Part shown: positions 54,977-59,432 of the stretch, piece by piece
Layout: every line of letters begins with the position of its first letter
How positions within the stretch are numbered: position 1 is the first letter of the stretch
Source of the DNA: a virus
Taxonomy: Duplodnaviria > Caudoviricetes
DNA: 59,432 nucleotides
Direction: 5' to 3' (one strand)
Virus record (IMG/VR): IMGVR_UViG_3300014838_001974
Location: 1-59,432 of that record
Notes under the pieces: model-generated
What the model was told of the DNA's origin: nothing
Database searches by the model: none
Seen by the model: only the letters and a program-made list of their open reading frames with translations
Program-made: the position numbers and the translations under genes

Positions 54977-55440
54977 CAGGGTTTCCCCCGCCAGAATTTC
55001 GACGATCCGAAGGGATCGCGCAGGAAGTTGCGGGCAGCGGCGAGACCCGAGGGGAAGAAATGCCTGCCGCCGCCCGCGTCCGGCCGAAGGGCAGGACCGG
55101 ATTCGGAAATGGAAATCGACCGCGGCGCGAACGAGCGCCGCAGCGGATCGCGGGTGACGACCGGCGGCGCGATCCTGCGCAGCTGCTCGGCGGTGAAGCC
55201 GGTTCGCGACGCCGGGGCGAAACCGCAGGGCTCGTAGACATCTTCTGAATAATCAGGATCGGCCGGCGCGGAGTTGGCCCGTTTCACCTGCGACGAGGGA
55301 CCACCGAAATGGCCGGACTGCCGAGGCGCGCGCCAGCCGATCTTCGGCTGGCGCCGGAGCGCGAGCCGCACCGCGCACGCCAGACTGAGCGCGGTGAAAA
55401 CGAGGGCGATGCAGAGGATGATCCTGGCGATGATCATCAT
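54976..55440 (-). CDS. Hypothetical protein with N-terminal TM helix
   Basis: Start MMIIARIILCIALVFTALSLACAV overlapping the upstream stop. Confidence 0.5.
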   Translation of the reverse strand: MMIIARIILCIALVFTALSLACAVRLALRRQPKIGWRAPRQSGHFGGPSSQVKRANSAPADPDYSEDVYEPCGFAPASRTGFTAEQLRRIAPPVVTRDPLRRSFAPRSISISESGPALRPDAGGGRHFFPSGLAAARNFLRDPFGSSKFWRGKP

Positions 55441-55835
55441 AACGCGAACTCGCGCTGCATCGCCTCGATCGAGGCCTGCGTCCGCGCCTGGTTGCGCACC
55501 AGCTCGGCAAGCCGCAGATGCCGGCGGAAGCCGACCCACCATTTTGGGCGAGCGTCGCCCATCAGCACGATCAGGATCTCGCGGCCGACATCGGACTGCA
55601 GCAGCCTTTGCTGAAAGCCGGCGCCGAGCTCGCGGCGGCCGGCCAGGCAGCGTTCGCAATGGCTGACGTCGGCGCCGGTGCGCAGTGCCAGTTCAAGCGC
55701 GGTCTTCTGTGGAAAAAGGCGCTTGAATTCCAGCATCGCGTGAGAAATCGACCCGCGCTTTGGCGGGTGTTTACCCGCCAGCTGGCGGGAATGCTTTTTT
55801 GACGCGGCGCGCGCAGCTTTTACCTTGCGGGTCAT
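55437..55835 (-). CDS. Probable transcriptional regulator (CII position)
   Basis: Directly after cro; HTH-like KTALELALRTGADVSHCERCLAG. Confidence 0.6.
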   Translation of the reverse strand: MTRKVKAARAASKKHSRQLAGKHPPKRGSISHAMLEFKRLFPQKTALELALRTGADVSHCERCLAGRRELGAGFQQRLLQSDVGREILIVLMGDARPKWWVGFRRHLRLAELVRNQARTQASIEAMQREFAL

Positions 55836-56023
55836 GGGGTACGTCCTGCCGTTTCGATCGAGAAAATCTCGCGCTCAAGCGCCTTGCGGGCCGGCCCGTG
55901 CCTGGGTGGCCCCTGGGTTTCCCAGCGATGGACGGTGCTCTGGTCGACGCCGAACCTCTCGCCGAAAGCCGCCTGGCTCTCGCCGACCTTTTCCCTCGCC
56001 TCGCGAATCACTTGTGCATCCAT
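55832..56023 (-). CDS. cro: Cro-like XRE HTH protein
   Basis: IREAREKVGESQAAFGERFGVDQSTVHRWE; divergent from cI. Confidence 0.85.
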   Translation of the reverse strand: MDAQVIREAREKVGESQAAFGERFGVDQSTVHRWETQGPPRHGPARKALEREIFSIETAGRTP

Positions 56024-56031
56024 GACGCAAC

Positions 56032-56092
56032 AATGCGATTTGCATTATTTTCGTCAATGCCTTTTGCATGATGATCCAATGCAAATTGCATT
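56032..56092. promoter_or_regulatory. O_R-like operator triad and divergent promoters
   Basis: AATGCGATTTGCATT (56032-46), AATGCCTTTTGCATG (56056-70), AATGCAAATTGCATT (56078-92); -35-like TTGACG on the - strand at 56057-56052. Confidence 0.8.
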
Positions 56093-56094
56093 TT

Positions 56095-56715
56095 ATGTCT
56101 GAGATGCACGAAAGGTTAACGACCGCGCGCAAGGAAGCCGGCTATCCGACGGCAAGGGCCGCCGCCGAGGCACTGGGCGTCAAGGAGCCGACCTATATCG
56201 GGCACGAAAACGGGCAGCGCGGCTTCAAGCGCGATTCAGCCGATCGCTACGCCCGCAAATTCGGTATCTCCCTGGAATGGCTGCTGACCGGCAAGGGCGC
56301 CAAGGAACGGCGCCCGGAACGCATCGATCGGGAGGCCGCCAAATATGTCGACCTGGTCGGCTATGTCGGCGCCGGTGCCGAGACCCACTTCTTCAACAAT
56401 GACGGCCCGCTCGACGAGGTCCCCGCGCCGGCCGGATCGACCGACACGACGGTCGCGGTGGAGATCCGTGGCGACAGCCTCGGATCGTTCTTCGATCGCT
56501 GGCTGGTGTTTTATGACGATGTGCGCCGGCCGGTGGCAACCGAATTGATCAACAAGCTTTGCGTGGTCGGCCTCGAGGACGGCCGCATCCTGATCAAGAA
56601 AATCCAGCGCAGCAAGGCGCGTGGCCTTTTTCATCTGCTGTCACAGACTGAAGATCCGATCCTGGATGTTCAAATTGCCTGGGCGGCGCGGGTCAAGAAC
56701 ATGGTGCCGCGATGA
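56095..56715 (+). CDS. cI: CI-like repressor (HTH + S24 autopeptidase)
   Basis: HTH RLTTARKEAG...TYIGHENG; Ala-Gly site VGAG; catalytic-type GDSL and IKK. Confidence 0.9.
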   Translation: MSEMHERLTTARKEAGYPTARAAAEALGVKEPTYIGHENGQRGFKRDSADRYARKFGISLEWLLTGKGAKERRPERIDREAAKYVDLVGYVGAGAETHFFNNDGPLDEVPAPAGSTDTTVAVEIRGDSLGSFFDRWLVFYDDVRRPVATELINKLCVVGLEDGRILIKKIQRSKARGLFHLLSQTEDPILDVQIAWAARVKNMVPR

Positions 56716-57209
56716 TGCAACGGCTGCTGCTCGGATTTTGCGTCGTAGCCCTATTGATCTATCTCGTGGGCAGTCGGGAAACACCTCCTCCGGCGCCGAT
56801 GAAGGCTACAATCCCTCTGACCAAGATTGAGACTGTCGCCGAAATACCCGCGCCGACACCCGCCTATCCCGCTCCCTTGACGGAAACCGAAAAACGTCAG
56901 CAGGCGATTCTCAGCATGATCGATCATGTACGGCTGACATCGCTGAGCTGGCACAAAGACGGATTCGGCTCCGTTGCCATCATCTCCGTCACCGTGCAGA
57001 ACGACAACAGCTTTGCGGTAAAGGATATCGTGCTGGCCTGTGATTTCCGCGCCAAAAGCGGGACCAAACTGCAGTCCAAGGAACACACGATCTACGACGT
57101 GGTGAAGGCCAGGTCGAAGCGCTCATTCCCGGACGTCAATACCGGATTCATTCACAGTCAGTCGGCCAATATCGGCTGTTCCGTGGGGTCGGTGACTCCG
57201 ATCGGATAA
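56712..57209 (+). CDS. Membrane-anchored periplasmic protein co-transcribed with cI (superinfection-exclusion candidate)
   Basis: N-terminal TM helix, Pro-rich linker, Ig-like VTVQNDN.F.VKDI...C domain; ATGA overlap with cI. Confidence 0.65.
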   Translation: MMQRLLLGFCVVALLIYLVGSRETPPPAPMKATIPLTKIETVAEIPAPTPAYPAPLTETEKRQQAILSMIDHVRLTSLSWHKDGFGSVAIISVTVQNDNSFAVKDIVLACDFRAKSGTKLQSKEHTIYDVVKARSKRSFPDVNTGFIHSQSANIGCSVGSVTPIG

Positions 57210-57210
57210 T

Positions 57211-57253
57211 CATGCAAATAGCATTGACATAATAATTCATTTTGCATTACCGT
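57211..57253 (+). promoter_or_regulatory. O_L/P_L-like promoter with two operators
   Basis: CATGCAAATAGCATT (57211-25) and AATTCATTTTGCATT (57234-48) flank TTGACA (57224-29); -10-like TACCGT at 57248-53. Confidence 0.75.
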
Positions 57254-57282
57254 TCTCCCGCTCACCCCACGGGAGACCCCTC

Positions 57283-57573
57283 ATGCCTCGCACGTCCCGC
57301 CACTGCAACCGCCTGACCGCGCGGCCGCGCTTTCTGCCGTCGCAGCCCCTCATTCCCGCCTTCATCGACAGCGCTTTCGTCCCGCCCCGCGCCGCCCTGG
57401 TCGGCTCGGCCGCGGTGCGTCAGCTCGCCGAGGATTTCCGCCATGCCTCGCAGCGCGAGGGCGGCGCCTGCCGCGACGACCTGAAGACGCTGGGCTGGAC
57501 CGGCGCCCAGCTCGACGAGCACGGGCCGGCCGCCAACATCCGGGCGCAGCAGCTGGCGGGAGCGTCGCTGTGA
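57283..57573 (+). CDS. Hypothetical protein
   Basis: GGGAG SD; first gene after the promoter. Confidence 0.6.
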   Translation: MPRTSRHCNRLTARPRFLPSQPLIPAFIDSAFVPPRAALVGSAAVRQLAEDFRHASQREGGACRDDLKTLGWTGAQLDEHGPAANIRAQQLAGASL

Positions 57574-57767
57574 GCACCGACCGCGACATCGTCCGCGCCA
57601 TGGCCGCGCAGCTGCGCATCTACAAGGCCACCGCCAGCGAGCGCGACGCCATTCGCTGCCTGACGGATCGCGGCTTTCGTTTCGGCGACGTGGTGGCGTT
57701 GGCGGGAGATGCCCTGTTCGAGGCGCGCCATGGCGCCGTCGCCGCCGTCATGATGAGCTCGCGATGA
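57570..57767 (+). CDS. Hypothetical protein
   Basis: GTGA/ATGA coupled. Confidence 0.55.
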   Translation: MSTDRDIVRAMAAQLRIYKATASERDAIRCLTDRGFRFGDVVALAGDALFEARHGAVAAVMMSSR

Positions 57768-58174
57768 CCACCCGCGATCTCTGCGCCGAACGCCGCGCCC
57801 TGTCCTTCCTGCTGCGCGGTTCGCTGGTGCGCCGTTCGGCCGGCTGGCGCTTCGGCACCGCGCGGGTGCCTGACATCGTCGTCGAGCGCCTGGTCGCGGA
57901 CGGAAAGGCCGTGATCAACCATTCCGAGGTCGTGCTGGCCGAGCGCAGCCGCAGCGAGGCGCTGATCCGGCGCGACCTCGCCGCCGCCGAGGCCGCCGCG
58001 CGGCGCGAGCTGAAATGGGCGCAGGCATGCACCGAGCCGAAAAACATCCGCGGCCGCCGTATCAATGCCGACAACCACCGCGAACGCGCCGGCGAGCTGC
58101 GCACCGCGCTGGCCCGGCATCTCCGGCGCGATCGGCCCGAGGCCGCGGCGCCGGCGCCGGGAATGCCGGGATGA
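57764..58174 (+). CDS. Hypothetical protein
   Basis: Coupled ORF. Confidence 0.55.
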   Translation: MTTRDLCAERRALSFLLRGSLVRRSAGWRFGTARVPDIVVERLVADGKAVINHSEVVLAERSRSEALIRRDLAAAEAAARRELKWAQACTEPKNIRGRRINADNHRERAGELRTALARHLRRDRPEAAAPAPGMPG

Positions 58175-58572
58175 ACCGCCTGACCCTGGAAGAGGCCGCC
58201 GCCGAGCTGCGCAAGACCCCGCGCTGGCTGCGGGACTGGATCCGCGCCCATCCCGCGGACAAGGCCGGGGAGCCCTATTATACGCCGGCGGGACGGGATA
58301 AGCTTTTTCATCAGACCGACCTTGTCCGCATCGAAAGCGCCCTACGGAAGGAAGTCCGGTGCCGCTCCAGCTCAGGCCGCCCCGTCCCGGCAAAACGCCG
58401 AACTTCGAAATCCGGGGCACCCACCTCGGATTCCGCGTGGAAACTAGCAGCGGAACTCACAAACGATCCCTCGCTCTCAAGCAACGCCGAAAGATCGAGG
58501 ACTGCATCGAAGAGCACGGCGCCTGGCCGGCGCCCGAAGCTGAGCCTCGTTCAGGGCAACCGACCTTCCTGA
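58171..58572 (+). CDS. Excisionase-like HTH protein overlapping int
   Basis: MNRLTLEEAAAELRKTPRWLRDWI...GRDKLF...DL (MerR/Xis-like); 3' part overlaps the integrase ORF. Confidence 0.7.
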   Translation: MNRLTLEEAAAELRKTPRWLRDWIRAHPADKAGEPYYTPAGRDKLFHQTDLVRIESALRKEVRCRSSSGRPVPAKRRTSKSGAPTSDSAWKLAAELTNDPSLSSNAERSRTASKSTAPGRRPKLSLVQGNRPS

Positions 58573-59432
58573 GCGCCGCCGTCGCCTACATGCAGGCCGG
58601 CGGCCGCCGCAAATATCTTGCGGCCTTGATCAGGCGGTTCGGCGAAACGCCGCTGGCCGCGATGGACCAGGCGGCGATCGACGACGCGGCGACAGCACTT
58701 TACCCGCAGGTCTCGCCCGCCACGCGGAACTGCTACGTCTACACGCCGGTTTCAGCCGTGCTGCACCATGCGCTGGGCGACAAGTGCCCCGTCATCCACC
58801 GTCCCAAGGGCGCCAAGGGCAACGAAAAAACCGACTTCATGTGGCCGGCCGATGCGTTTGCCGTCATCGACGAGGCCGACAAGATCGACCCGGAATTCGG
58901 GTTGTATCTGCTCACTTTGCTCTCTACCGGCATCCGCAAGAGCGAGGGCCTGAAGCTCCTGCCCGAGGATACCCAGCCGGACGAGAGCGCGGCCTGGCTG
59001 CGCAATTCCAAGAACGGCGAGCCGCGCATGCTCAAGCTGCGGCAGGACATCCTGGAGCGCCTGCGGGCGCATCTGGAGGGCCATGCCGGAGAGCGGCTAT
59101 TCCGCTTCAAGGACGGCGGCCATTTCAAGCATCTGCTGCTACGCGCCACCATGGCGGTCTGCGGCGTGCCGTGTCCGGTGCGGCGCCCGACCGGATGGAA
59201 GAAGCCGCCGTTCCGGCTCGGCTTCGTCGGCTTCCACACCTTCCGCCACACCTGGGCGACGTGGATGCGCCGCTACGGCGGCGCCGACGTCCAGGGCCTG
59301 GCGGCGACCAAGAACTGGCGCGATCCGCGCAGCGCGCAGCGCTATGCGCATGTGGTGTCGCGCGACGAGTGGGACCGTGTGGACAGCCTGCCCGGCATGG
59401 GGAACAGACGGGGGAAAACAGTCAATGAATGA
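58359..59432 (+). CDS. int: Tyrosine recombinase (phage integrase)
   Basis: TGIRKSE (R), SKNG (K), HTFRHTWATW (HxxR), KNW and RYAH (Y). Confidence 0.93.
   Translation: MPLQLRPPRPGKTPNFEIRGTHLGFRVETSSGTHKRSLALKQRRKIEDCIEEHGAWPAPEAEPRSGQPTFLSAAVAYMQAGGRRKYLAALIRRFGETPLAAMDQAAIDDAATALYPQVSPATRNCYVYTPVSAVLHHALGDKCPVIHRPKGAKGNEKTDFMWPADAFAVIDEADKIDPEFGLYLLTLLSTGIRKSEGLKLLPEDTQPDESAAWLRNSKNGEPRMLKLRQDILERLRAHLEGHAGERLFRFKDGGHFKHLLLRATMAVCGVPCPVRRPTGWKKPPFRLGFVGFHTFRHTWATWMRRYGGADVQGLAATKNWRDPRSAQRYAHVVSRDEWDRVDSLPGMGNRRGKTVNE

Larger units (their letters stand above)
1..59432. mobile_element. Temperate prophage (HK97-type head, non-contractile tail, lambda-like cI/cro switch, tyrosine integrase)
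   Basis: Complete and ordered lysogeny, replication, packaging, head, tail and lysis modules. The att sites are not visible: the window begins at a start codon and ends at the integrase stop codon. Confidence 0.95.

Noticed and set aside
1-59432. attL/attR direct repeats
   Set aside because: The window is trimmed to the first and last CDS, so no flanking sequence is available to identify them.

Overview
The window is an apparently complete ~59 kb temperate siphovirus-type prophage of a high-GC alphaproteobacterium (Bradyrhizobium/Rhizobiales-like; the host is inferred). From right to left it carries: integrase/excisionase and a short rightward operon; a cI/cro switch with five ATGC-N5-GCAT operators; a long leftward early operon (two ParB-like proteins, two adenine methyltransferases, primase, P4/D5-type helicase, GIY-YIG protein); a NusG-type antiterminator; HNH, cos and terminase; an HK97 head; a non-contractile tail with a -1 frameshifted chaperone and GTA-like tail tip; tail fibres; lysis genes; three further exported Gly/Ser/Thr-rich proteins; and a convergent O-acyltransferase moron. 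The most notable observations are: (1) a broken two-target diversity-generating retroelement, with two Mtd-like genes whose variable repeats differ only at adenines, while avd is fused by deletion to the last 27 codons of the reverse transcriptase (template repeat and most of the RT lost); (2) about ten late, virion-type proteins, including both tail fibres, with cleavable Sec-type signal peptides and many cysteines, suggesting periplasmic folding of virion parts; (3) two of these exported proteins end in genome-encoded mimics of the alphaproteobacterial SsrA tag; (4) a degenerate tRNA-Pro(CGG)-like element antisense in the late operon; (5) a glycosyltransferase in the head module. All family calls come from recognising motifs by eye; no searches were run.
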